The position numbers and the translations under genes were made by a program. A DNA stretch of 64,000 bases, taken from assembly GCA_002783405.1 (NCBI GenBank), contig PFGG01000074.1:20542-84541 (forward strand). Direction: 5' to 3'. Position 1 is the stretch's first letter; each line of letters starts with the position of its first letter. The stretch comes from a bacterium (Candidatus Blackallbacteria) CG13_big_fil_rev_8_21_14_2_50_49_14. GTDB taxonomy: Bacteria > Cyanobacteriota > Sericytochromatia > UBA7694. The notes below the pieces were generated by a model. The model had not been told where the DNA came from. It saw only the letters and a program-made list of their open reading frames with translations, and made no database searches. This document shows, one piece after another, positions 50,589-59,484 of the stretch.

Positions 50589-51978
50589 GGGCGGCCCTCC
50601 TGAGGTAGATTTTAAAATCGGCAAGCGAAATTTGCCCCGTGGCAAAACGTCCCATGATCCAGAGCAGGGCGATCTGCTCCCCGCTGTGCAGGCCCAGCAT
50701 GGGCAGTTCCGGGCTGAGCGCTGAGGGGCCAAAATCTTCGGGGTTCAGTGTGGGGTTAAAATGCAGCATAAAGGGCCGTTTGCCTGCCCATGGGGCTTGG
50801 CTGAGCTGGGTGAGCAACCAGTGAACTCCGCCTGCCGGGTCATTTTCGGCCCCATCCGAGATCAGCACTACTTCTTGGGGTTGCCAGGCCAAGGCCTCCA
50901 ACAGGGGAGAAGCCAGAGATGTCTGACCTTTGGCTTCAACCAGGAGTGGGTGCTCGGGGGGGTGAATCCAAAACAGGCGGTAGTTTTCGCTCAAGCCTGC
51001 GAGCAGATAATGGGCACTCAGCCCGGCAATCAGGGGGCGCAGCCAGGATTCCCGACTGCCCCGACTGGATTGACTGTTGTCGAGAACCAATGCCAGTTTG
51101 GGCAGACGCAGCCAACTGGGGATAAAGCGTTGCCGACAGCGATCCACGAGGCTTTCTAATTCTGACAGACGGGCCTTGCGCTCATGCAGGGGCAGCGAGA
51201 GAATATATGCCAGCAGGCGGGTCAAACTGAGTTTTTCAGGGTTCAGCTCCAGCTTGAGCTTTTCTTGGTGGGCCTGGGTCTGCAGGCGCAGTTTTTCCTG
51301 GGCCGTCATTTGGGGAGCCAGGCGTTCGAGCAGTTGGGCCCGGCTGAGATTAAAGCGGGGAGCAAGCCCTTCGGCGACTGTCAGGGGCAACAGACTCAGA
51401 GCCTGTGCGCTGTAATGGGCCTGGCGAAAGTTTTCGAGCAGGGGGGTCTCAAACTTTTTCAATTGCCAGTGGCGATCCTGTAAAAAAATATGTTCTTCGG
51501 CAGGCAGCGGCAGGTGCCAGTGGCGGCTGATGATCCGCAGCAGACGGCGGTATTTTACGCAGTCAAAAACCCAGTTATTCCGCCAGGCCAGCCAGGCTTT
51601 GAGCGTGGCACGGCTGCGGCGATTGTTGACGCGGGCTTCGGCCAAGCCGGCAAAGAGCTTATACACCCGATGTACGGGCATTTTGCGCAGGGCCCGCTGA
51701 ATTTGAGCCTGTTCAAACGCTTGTTGGGCGCGATTCGGTGTGGGGTGAGCCAAAAGCATGTGAATAATGCGTTGTTGGTTGTGGTGGTTGATTTCCTGGG
51801 CCAGGGCCGAGGCGTAGAGATCGCGATAATTGGCGCAGATATACACATGCAGAAAATCAAGCGCTGCTTTTTGTGCGCTGGCGCTGGAATAGTATACATT
51901 TTGGCTGGTTCCGCTCAGACAGGCACTGAGAAAGAGCAGAATATCTGCTGCTTCGACCTGGGCCGTATATTGCGCCAT
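50548..51978 (-). CDS. Divergent Ro60/Rsr-like protein (TROVE-like N-terminal region + vWA domain with a MIDAS motif)
   Basis: 'RRSRATLKAWLAW...KYRRLLRIISRHWHLP', 'LLPLTVAEGL', vWA 'LALVLDNSQSS' (DxSxS) and 'VVLISDGAENDPAGGVHW' parallel Ro60 segments as I remember them. Confidence 0.5.
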   Translation of the reverse strand: MAQYTAQVEAADILLFLSACLSGTSQNVYYSSASAQKAALDFLHVYICANYRDLYASALAQEINHHNQQRIIHMLLAHPTPNRAQQAFEQAQIQRALRKMPVHRVYKLFAGLAEARVNNRRSRATLKAWLAWRNNWVFDCVKYRRLLRIISRHWHLPLPAEEHIFLQDRHWQLKKFETPLLENFRQAHYSAQALSLLPLTVAEGLAPRFNLSRAQLLERLAPQMTAQEKLRLQTQAHQEKLKLELNPEKLSLTRLLAYILSLPLHERKARLSELESLVDRCRQRFIPSWLRLPKLALVLDNSQSSRGSRESWLRPLIAGLSAHYLLAGLSENYRLFWIHPPEHPLLVEAKGQTSLASPLLEALAWQPQEVVLISDGAENDPAGGVHWLLTQLSQAPWAGKRPFMLHFNPTLNPEDFGPSALSPELPMLGLHSGEQIALLWIMGRFATGQISLADFKIYLRRAAHATVESDTTGATL

Positions 51979-52189
51979 GCCCTACTCTCCACTCTCATTG
52001 AATAGGCCCGGGACAAATGCACAAGGAGACAGACAGTGGTCGTTACAAAGCGAGTTGCGGAAGTCCCCCTGAAGTTCCACGGGCCTGAACAGAATTGTAG
52101 CATTCTGACAGAATTTCTTGTCTTTGGGTCTGAGAATGTCTGTATTTCTGGTTCAATTCAGGCGAATTTACTTTCTGTGCCGAAGCCAT

Positions 52190-52195
52190 TATACT
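52190..52195 (+). promoter_or_regulatory. -10-like TATACT 6 nt before the ATG at 52202 (possible leaderless transcript)
   Basis: Read directly. No SD sequence precedes this ATG. Confidence 0.2.
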
Positions 52196-52201
52196 GAAAA
52201 C

Positions 52202-53200
52202 ATGATCGCTTCAAACAATCCTCTCCAACCTGGTTCTTTTCCTGTGCCCGCTGCCCCCAAGCCCGCTGTAAAACAGGCTTTGTTGGCTGCTGAGCAAACG
52301 CAGGCTCCTGCTTCTGTGCCTGATACGCTTCAGACCCGCCCGTTGGCGCAATCGGCCCAGAAAATGCCCACCCTTTCACTGGTGGAAACCGCTGGACCCA
52401 AGCTGGGGTTGAAAGCTTCTGAACCCCAACACAGCAAGAACCCTTGGAAAATTACCTCGATGCATGTCAATGCGGGGTATATTGTCAAAAATGATATCCT
52501 GCACACTGGGCCGATGCAGATTCAGAATCCGGGCACAGGCACCGATCTCACCATCACCGGTCTGGAGCAGAAAGAGCGCACCAGCTTTGAATATCTGCAA
52601 ATCAAAAAAGGTCAGCGTTTTGCCCCCGATGAGCCCCAGTTTAATCTGGGCGTGAATCTGGGCTTTGAGAATAAGTTCGGCTTGGAACTCGACCTCAAGC
52701 ACAATAAAATCACGGCGGCAGGCTATGATCAGGTGGTGCATTTTGAAGGCCAGATGAACGGCGAAGAAGTCAACACCGATGCCCCGCTCAATACCTATCT
52801 GCGTCAGCATGAGCAGACCTTTGGCAATATGGAAATTTCGCTGCTGGGCACCCGCAGTTTCGACCTTCCCGCCCCAGCCAACCACCGTTTCTCTTTTATT
52901 ACCAAGGCCGGCCCCAGCCTGCAAACCAGCACCACCCGAACGGCTTTGCTCAATCCCCAAGGGGAATTTGAGCAGACGACTTCTCCCCTGGGGGTTGCCG
53001 GTTATGGCTTTGAGCTTGAAAATGCCCTGCGCTATGAACTGGGCCCCAAAGCAGGGCGTTTGGGCCTTGAAGTGGGCCATGCCTTTTCCTATCTGAATTA
53101 TGCCCGTTATTCGACCGTGGGGGGCGGCACCGGCAGTCATGATGCGCTGGCCAGCCAATGGACCGTCAAATTAACCAAGACCATTCCCTTCAAGAAATAA
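52202..53200 (+). CDS. Beta-strand-rich (outer-membrane-barrel-like) protein with a P/Q/A-rich N-terminus and no obvious signal peptide
   Basis: Alternating-hydrophobicity strands in the C-terminal 220 aa, ending 'TVKLTKTIPFKK'. The start is uncertain: the ORF opens at 52118 (TTG), with ATGs at 52136 and 52202. Confidence 0.5.
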   Translation: MIASNNPLQPGSFPVPAAPKPAVKQALLAAEQTQAPASVPDTLQTRPLAQSAQKMPTLSLVETAGPKLGLKASEPQHSKNPWKITSMHVNAGYIVKNDILHTGPMQIQNPGTGTDLTITGLEQKERTSFEYLQIKKGQRFAPDEPQFNLGVNLGFENKFGLELDLKHNKITAAGYDQVVHFEGQMNGEEVNTDAPLNTYLRQHEQTFGNMEISLLGTRSFDLPAPANHRFSFITKAGPSLQTSTTRTALLNPQGEFEQTTSPLGVAGYGFELENALRYELGPKAGRLGLEVGHAFSYLNYARYSTVGGGTGSHDALASQWTVKLTKTIPFKK

Positions 53201-54486
53201 CCCCTGAAACAGCTCCGATTGCGGTGATTGGCTTTTCGCATGCGGCTTTTCATACGGTCTGCCGTTTGGCCGAACAAGGACAACGCGTTCAGTTTTTGGT
53301 CAACCAGTCGGAATTGCACCAGGTGCCCACCCTGCCCGCAGGGGTTGAGCTTTCACCCCGACCGCATTTGCATCCCGCTGAATTGCCTGAGGATTTACGC
53401 AATTGTGAGCGGGCTGTGGTGGCCAGTGACAACGAACAGTTTAATCTGCATACCACCATGATGCTCAATGCCCGTTACCCCCAGATGCGGATTGTCACCC
53501 GTCTGTTTAATCTGGCTTTGGGTCAGGAGATTGAAAGTCGTTTTCCCCATGTGCGTGTCTTGAGTGTTTCTGAATTGGCCGCCCCCTATTTTGTCGCTGC
53601 GGCCTTTGTCGATCATGTTCAGGAGGCCTGGCACGATCAGGAGCATCTGATGGCCCGTGTGGGTGCAGACAGCAGTGAAAAGACTCTTTGTATTCAGGTT
53701 GAAGATTTTCCGGCTCCCCAAAGCCTGGCCTCGATGGGGGCTGCTGCTGTGCGTCACAAACCGGATCTTCTTTTTTGGGCCGTTCTGGTGGGTTTGCTGG
53801 GCGTGATTGCGAGTGGCACCCTGTTTTTTTCCCTGCGTCATGGCATGCCCCTGGGGGATGCCCTCTATTTTGTGGTCACTACCCTGACCACCACGGGCTA
53901 TGGGGATTACAGTCTGCGTGATTACCCCTTTTCTGCCAAACTGGCGGGCATGTCGCTGATGCTGGCAGGGGCCAGTCTTTTTGCGATTCTCTATGCCCTG
54001 CTCACGGATAAACTCTTCAGCCTGCGCCTGGATGCCCTGATGGGACGGCGGCAGGTCAAAGCTTCGGGCCATGTGATTGTCTGTGGGGCTGGGGATGTGG
54101 GGGTGCGTTTGGTCGAATGTCTGCGTTTGACCCAGGCCGAAACTGTGGTGGTAGAGCACAATTCAGAAGGCCGTTTCAACCAGCGGATTCGCGATTTGCA
54201 TTATCCGCTCTTGATTGCCGATGCCACACTTGAAGAAACCCTGATTCGGGCTGGGGTGAAAAGGGCGCGCACTTTGATTTGTGCAACCCATCAGGATTTG
54301 GTCAATATTGAAATTGCCCTCAATGCCCGTGCCCTCAACCCTGCGATTCGGATTGTGGTGCGGATTTATGAGCGCGATTTTGCCGAACATATGCGCGAGC
54401 ATTTTGGTATTGACGTGGCGCTCAGTTCTTCGGCGCTGGCCTCGCATGCCTTTGCCCGTGAGGCCATGAAAGATATCGAAATATGA
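53158..54486 (+). CDS. Potassium channel with RCK/TrkA-N domains
   Basis: Selectivity filter 'TLTTTGYGDYS' and Rossmann 'VIVCGAGDVGVRLVE'. The start at 53158 overlaps the upstream gene by 43 nt; GTG 53224 is an alternative. Confidence 0.8.
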   Translation: MDRQINQDHSLQEITPETAPIAVIGFSHAAFHTVCRLAEQGQRVQFLVNQSELHQVPTLPAGVELSPRPHLHPAELPEDLRNCERAVVASDNEQFNLHTTMMLNARYPQMRIVTRLFNLALGQEIESRFPHVRVLSVSELAAPYFVAAAFVDHVQEAWHDQEHLMARVGADSSEKTLCIQVEDFPAPQSLASMGAAAVRHKPDLLFWAVLVGLLGVIASGTLFFSLRHGMPLGDALYFVVTTLTTTGYGDYSLRDYPFSAKLAGMSLMLAGASLFAILYALLTDKLFSLRLDALMGRRQVKASGHVIVCGAGDVGVRLVECLRLTQAETVVVEHNSEGRFNQRIRDLHYPLLIADATLEETLIRAGVKRARTLICATHQDLVNIEIALNARALNPAIRIVVRIYERDFAEHMREHFGIDVALSSSALASHAFAREAMKDIEI

Positions 54487-56939
54487 ATTTGAATGCACTT
54501 TTACCTGAACTGGGCTTGCAATTGGAAACTTCTCTCTGTGTGATTCTTGAAGCCCCTCCTGGAACCGGCAAAACCACCACAGTACCCCCCGCGCTTTTAA
54601 ACGCGCCCTGGTTGGCTGGGCAGAAAATTCTGATGCTCGAACCGCGCCGCTTGGCTGCCAAATCTGCTGCCCGTTATATGGCCCAGCAAAGATCTGAGCA
54701 GGTGGGGCAAAGTGTGGGCTACCGTGTACGCATGGAAACCCGGGTCAGCGCCCAGACCCGGATTGAAGTCGTCACCGAGGGGGTTTTGACCCGCATGCTC
54801 CAATCCGACCCCGCTTTAGAGGGGGTTGGGCTGGTGATCTTTGATGAGTTTCACGAGCGCAGCTTGCAGGCCGACTTGGGCCTTGCTCTCTGCCGTGAGA
54901 GCCAGCAGGTGCTGCGGGAGGACTTGCGTCTTTTGATTATGTCGGCCACCCTGCCCGAGCGTTTGGCGGGTCTTTTGGGCGATGTGCCCGTTTTGCGGGC
55001 CGGGGGTGTGACCCATCCTGTCAGTTTGCGCTATGCTCCCCCCCCTTTGGGAGGCGATGAGCTGGCCCATGCTGCTGGGGTGATACGTCAGGCCCTGCGT
55101 GAAGAAGCGGGAAGTCTTCTGGTTTTTTTGCCGGGTTCAGGCGAAATCCGACGCCTGGCTGAACGTTTGGGTGATTTGCCTGCCAACTGCCAGGTGACAC
55201 CGCTCTATGGTGATTTAGCGCCTATAGAGCAGGACCGTGCGATTCAACCCGCTCCTGCTGGGCAGCGAAAAATCGTACTGGCGACCAATATTGCTGAGAC
55301 CAGTCTGACGATTGAAGGCATTCGGGGCGTGATCGATCTGGGCCAAGAGCGCACGCCTGTCTTTGATCCCATCAGTGGCATGACCCGTTTAACCACCCGT
55401 CGGATTTCACGGGCATCAGCCCTTCAGCGCCAGGGCCGGGCAGGGCGACTGGAACCCGGTTTTTGTATTCGGCTTTGGCAGGAATCGGATACAGCACGTC
55501 TCTTGCCCGAGATTGAACCTGAAATTCTCAGTGCCGATTTGGCTCCCTTGGTGTTGGAACTGGCGCAGTGGGGCTGTTCGGATCCCTTTCAACTGGCCTG
55601 GCTGGATCCCCCACCGTCTGTGCCTTGGGAACAGGCCCAAAGTCTGCTTCAGGCCTTGGGGGCACTGGATGCCAAAGGCCTGATGACCTCCCATGGCAAA
55701 GCGCTTGTTGGTCTGCCCCTGCACCCCCGTTTGGGGCATATGGTGCTGAAAGCCCGTGAACAGAATTTAGGCGGTTTGGCCTGTACCCTGGCCGCTCTGC
55801 TCTCAGAACGCGATATTTTCAAGGGGGCAGCCAGTCGTGATGCAGATTTGGGCTCCCGTTTGCAAGCCTTGAGCCGGGGGCGGGCAGGCCGTCAGGAGGC
55901 GATTCAAAAAGCTGCAGCCCAGGTGGGTGAAAAATTGGGGCTCAAGCCAGCATTTCACCCGATTGAAGAACTGGGACTGCTGATTGGTCTGGCTTATCCC
56001 GAGCGTCTGGCACAAAGACGGGGCGAAAGCGCACGTTATCGTCTGGCCAACGGTCGGGGGGCTGTTTTACCTGAAGGTGATTTTCTGGCCCGTGAACCCC
56101 TGCTGGCGATTGCCCAGCTCGATGGTCATCCGCGCGAAGCCAAAATCTTTCTGGCGGCGGCCCTCAGCCCCGAACAGCTTGAGCTTTTAAGTGAAGCTCA
56201 AACGGAAACCGGCCTGGAAGTCAGTTTTAATCAGCAGACAGGTTCAGTTCAGGCTTGGCGGGTCACCCGCTATGGGGCCTTGGTGCTTAAAAAAGAGCGG
56301 ATTCAGAACCCCGATGCCGATACCTTGGCTTTGGCTTTGTTGGAAGGCGTGCGTCAAAAGGGAATCGCCAAACTGCCTTGGAGCGAGAACCAGTTGGAAC
56401 TGCGCGAGCGGGTGGCTTTTTTGCATCGCCACCAACCTCAGGACTGGCCAGATCTGAGCGATGATGCACTGAAGTCTGCTTTGAAGGATTGGCTTTTGCC
56501 TTTTCTCACGGGCTTGAAACGCCTGGAGGCGATTACCCCAGCGCTTTTGCAGCAGGCTTTGGAATACTATTTGGGCTATGAAAAGCTCGCGCTTTTGGAT
56601 TCCTGGGCTCCCAGTCATTGGCCTGTACCCAGTGGTTCGCGTATCCGGCTGGATTACTCTGGAGAAGAGCCTGTCTTGGCTGCGCGCTTGCAGGAGCTTT
56701 TTGGTATGCTGGATACCCCCAAAATTTTAGGTGGCAGGGCGCCTCTATTAATTCATCTGCTTTCACCGGCCCGCCGCCCAGTGCAGGTCACGCGTGATCT
56801 TGCCAGTTTCTGGCGGGAGACCTATCCTGAGGTTAAAAAAGAACTCAAGGGCCGTTATCCCAAGCATTACTGGCCCGAGGATCCGCTTCAGGCCGAGGCT
56901 GTGCGAGGAATTAAGCGTAAGCCCGAGCCAAAGGCCTGA
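54483..56939 (+). CDS. hrpB: ATP-dependent DEAH-box helicase HrpB
   Basis: 'LEAPPGTGKTT', 'DEFHERS', 'SATL', 'TNIAETSLTIEGI' and 'QRQGRAGR'. 818 aa. ATGA overlap with the channel gene. Confidence 0.85.
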   Translation: MNLNALLPELGLQLETSLCVILEAPPGTGKTTTVPPALLNAPWLAGQKILMLEPRRLAAKSAARYMAQQRSEQVGQSVGYRVRMETRVSAQTRIEVVTEGVLTRMLQSDPALEGVGLVIFDEFHERSLQADLGLALCRESQQVLREDLRLLIMSATLPERLAGLLGDVPVLRAGGVTHPVSLRYAPPPLGGDELAHAAGVIRQALREEAGSLLVFLPGSGEIRRLAERLGDLPANCQVTPLYGDLAPIEQDRAIQPAPAGQRKIVLATNIAETSLTIEGIRGVIDLGQERTPVFDPISGMTRLTTRRISRASALQRQGRAGRLEPGFCIRLWQESDTARLLPEIEPEILSADLAPLVLELAQWGCSDPFQLAWLDPPPSVPWEQAQSLLQALGALDAKGLMTSHGKALVGLPLHPRLGHMVLKAREQNLGGLACTLAALLSERDIFKGAASRDADLGSRLQALSRGRAGRQEAIQKAAAQVGEKLGLKPAFHPIEELGLLIGLAYPERLAQRRGESARYRLANGRGAVLPEGDFLAREPLLAIAQLDGHPREAKIFLAAALSPEQLELLSEAQTETGLEVSFNQQTGSVQAWRVTRYGALVLKKERIQNPDADTLALALLEGVRQKGIAKLPWSENQLELRERVAFLHRHQPQDWPDLSDDALKSALKDWLLPFLTGLKRLEAITPALLQQALEYYLGYEKLALLDSWAPSHWPVPSGSRIRLDYSGEEPVLAARLQELFGMLDTPKILGGRAPLLIHLLSPARRPVQVTRDLASFWRETYPEVKKELKGRYPKHYWPEDPLQAEAVRGIKRKPEPKA

Positions 56940-57073
56940 TTCGCGCTTGAAAATCTCGGCTATACACGCTGAGAGCCCCTTCCCGCAATGCTGTTTCAGT
57001 TTAGTCTGCTTGGGGGCCGGGGGCAATGGGGCTGTAGGAGGGGTATTATTGAGGTCTTTAATTTGTAAACTCT

Positions 57074-57087
57074 TTCGAATATTCGAA
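57074..57087. promoter_or_regulatory. Perfect 14-bp palindrome TTCGAATATTCGAA: candidate ArsR/SmtB operator
   Basis: Read directly, 45 bp upstream of the arsR-family ATG. Confidence 0.4.
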
Positions 57088-57131
57088 TCTTCTAATATAC
57101 TTAAGCCATGTTCTTGATTTAGGAGTTTCCT

Positions 57132-57485
57132 ATGACCATCACGCAAATGCGCATTTTTAAAGCCGAATTTTTCAAAGCTTTGGCCAATCCTGTGCGCAAA
57201 AGATCGAGAATCGAAATGCGCACAGGCGAGAAAAGCGTCAATGATCTGGCGGCTTCGATTCAGATTGAACAGGCGGGTGTGTCTCAGCATCTTGCTATTT
57301 TAAGGGCCAAACACCTGGTCAAAAACCGCAAAAAAGGCAACAGTGTCTATTATTCGATTGCCGATCCCGCGATTTTCGTGCTTTTGGATGATGCTGCCCG
57401 AATTTTTAAAAACAACCTGATCGATTTACAGGGGCTGGTCAGCCCTGCTGAAAATCCCTCAATGATGCCTGCTCCGAATGAATGA
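57132..57485 (+). CDS. ArsR/SmtB-family transcriptional regulator
   Basis: 'FKALANPVR' and 'SVNDLAASIQIEQAGVSQHLAILRAKHLV...GNSVYYS'. Confidence 0.8.
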   Translation: MTITQMRIFKAEFFKALANPVRKRSRIEMRTGEKSVNDLAASIQIEQAGVSQHLAILRAKHLVKNRKKGNSVYYSIADPAIFVLLDDAARIFKNNLIDLQGLVSPAENPSMMPAPNE

Positions 57486-57537
57486 AACAGTCAGGGGTCT
57501 GTGCTCAGGTCTCTGCTGAAAGAAGGAAAGTATAACA

Positions 57538-59061
57538 GTGGAAGTTCAAATTGTATCAAAAGCTTTGCATGAAGCTGAAACCGAAATTTTGGTTCTGACG
57601 ATTTTCCAGGATACCCTGCGCAATTTGGGGTATTTGAGTGAACTGGATCAGAAATTGAACGGCAAGCTCAGCCGCATGATTGAAAGCAAAGAAATTCAAG
57701 GGAAGTACCGCGAGTTTACGATTCTGCATCTGGATGGGCCAGGCCCCAAACGGCTTTTGGTAATGGGCTTGGGCCAGCAAAAAGACTTTTCAATTGACAG
57801 AGTTCGTTCGATTGCTGCCAATTCAGCCCGCTATGCCCGCCGGATCCGGGTCTCTGAAATTGCCATTCATGATTTTTCAGAATATGCAGTTTCCCCCCAT
57901 GACTGTGCTTCGGCTTTGATTGAGGGCGTCTTGATGGGCATGTACCGTTTTGATAAATACAAAACTCAAAAGAAAAATTCAGAGAAAAAATTAAAGAAGA
58001 TCAAAATTATCGCGAGTGAAGGCGCACAGATTGAAGCTCTGCGTGTGGGGGCTGAAAAAGGTAAAAACCTGGCTGAAAGCACCAATTTTGTGCGCGATTT
58101 GGTCAATGAGCCCGCCAATTATCTAACCCCTGTGCGCTTTGCTGAATATGCGCAGGAAGTGGCTGAGGCCGAAGGGCTTGAAATTCAGATTCTGGGGCCC
58201 GAAGAGCTGGAGCGTGAAGGCATGGGTGCTTTTCTGGCTGTGGCCCGTGGTTCTGAAGAACCTCCACGTATGGTTGTCATGCGTTATCAGGGCAATCCAG
58301 GCGGCAAGACCCTGGGCCTGGTCGGCAAAGGCGTAACCTTTGATTCTGGCGGCTATGATATCAAACCCTCTCCTTCGATGCTGCGCATGCACGGCGATAT
58401 GGCGGGTGCTGCTGCGACCTTGGGAGCCGTTCGGGCGATTGCCCATGAAAAATTGGCGCTGAATCTGGTGGCGGTCATGCCTTTGGCCGAAAATCTGATC
58501 AATGGCAGAGCCTATAAACCTTCTGATATTCTCACTTCGATGTCAGGCAAGACGATTGAAATGCTCAATACCGATGCCGAAGGCCGACTTCTGCTCTGTG
58601 ATGCCCTGACCTATATTCAAAAATACCACCAACCCGATGTTTTGATTGATATCGCGACCTTGACCGGAGCCGCGATAGTCGCGCTGGGCAGAACCGTTTC
58701 GGCGGTTTTGAGCAATGATGACACACTCTATACTGACCTTTTCAAGGCAGGAGAGTATACCGGAGAACGCGTCTGGCGCTTGCCGCTCTATGAAGAGTAT
58801 CGTTCGCAGCTGATTTCAGATGTGGCAGATATTGAAAGTGTGGGCGGGCGTTCTGCGGGAACGATTACGGCGGCGATGTTTTTGAAAGAATTTATTGATC
58901 CCGACCGGGCTTGGTTGCATTTGGATATTGCAGGAACCGCTGTGATGGAAGAAGAAATCGCACGTTATGTCAAAACCCCTTATATCCCCAAAGAAGGCGG
59001 CACGGGTACCGGCACACGCCTGCTATATACCTTTGCTGAAAACTTTGCCAGAAAGGCCTAA
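57538..59061 (+). CDS. pepA: Leucyl aminopeptidase (M17)
   Basis: 'VGKGVTFDSGGYDIKP', 'MHGDMAGAA' and 'NTDAEGRLLL'. GTG start. Confidence 0.9.
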   Translation: MEVQIVSKALHEAETEILVLTIFQDTLRNLGYLSELDQKLNGKLSRMIESKEIQGKYREFTILHLDGPGPKRLLVMGLGQQKDFSIDRVRSIAANSARYARRIRVSEIAIHDFSEYAVSPHDCASALIEGVLMGMYRFDKYKTQKKNSEKKLKKIKIIASEGAQIEALRVGAEKGKNLAESTNFVRDLVNEPANYLTPVRFAEYAQEVAEAEGLEIQILGPEELEREGMGAFLAVARGSEEPPRMVVMRYQGNPGGKTLGLVGKGVTFDSGGYDIKPSPSMLRMHGDMAGAAATLGAVRAIAHEKLALNLVAVMPLAENLINGRAYKPSDILTSMSGKTIEMLNTDAEGRLLLCDALTYIQKYHQPDVLIDIATLTGAAIVALGRTVSAVLSNDDTLYTDLFKAGEYTGERVWRLPLYEEYRSQLISDVADIESVGGRSAGTITAAMFLKEFIDPDRAWLHLDIAGTAVMEEEIARYVKTPYIPKEGGTGTGTRLLYTFAENFARKA

Positions 59062-59076
59062 ACGGGAACTTCAGCC

Positions 59077-59484
59077 ATGCGTGATCTACCTCAAAAGACA
59101 GAATCTCCAGGTCTTTTGCCGCGCTTAAAAGTCGTGGGCCGTTGTTTAAGTTTGGCCTGTCCGCGTTGCGGTTGGCGTCCGATCGCGGGTTTGTTTTCCT
59201 TTCAAACCCGCTGTCCGGGTTGCGATTTGTTGATCGACAAGGGCAATGGCTTTTTATTGGGGGCTTTGCCAATTTCCTATGTGGTGTTTATCTTTGTCTG
59301 GCTTTTGCCGGTTTCGGCAGCCTGGATTATGAAAGCACTGACCTATCCTGTCGCTTTTGGGCTGATTGGGGTGGGAGCGGTGGTGATTCCTTTGCTGATT
59401 TACAATTATTGCAAACTGATTTCTCTTGCCCTCTATTATTTTTTCATGGTGGCGGAGTTGACTGAAACGTCTGAGAATGGCTGA
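59077..59484 (+). CDS. DUF983-like zinc-ribbon membrane protein
   Basis: 'CPRCGWRP...CPGCDL' followed by two TM helices. 8-nt overlap with dabA. Confidence 0.45.
   Translation: MRDLPQKTESPGLLPRLKVVGRCLSLACPRCGWRPIAGLFSFQTRCPGCDLLIDKGNGFLLGALPISYVVFIFVWLLPVSAAWIMKALTYPVAFGLIGVGAVVIPLLIYNYCKLISLALYYFFMVAELTETSENG

Noticed and set aside
52097-52112. CTGACA half-site upstream of the gene at 52202
   Set aside because: The left arm (TTGTA) matches only 2 of 5 positions, so it is not a palindrome.
52376-53158. 260-aa minus-strand ORF
   Set aside because: It is antisense to the 52202-53200 gene. Its composition is G/I/Q/R-rich and motif-less, whereas the plus-strand product has coherent beta-strand periodicity.
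53395-54159. 254-aa minus-strand ORF
   Set aside because: It is antisense to the K+ channel gene, which has the TTTGYGD filter and a Rossmann motif.
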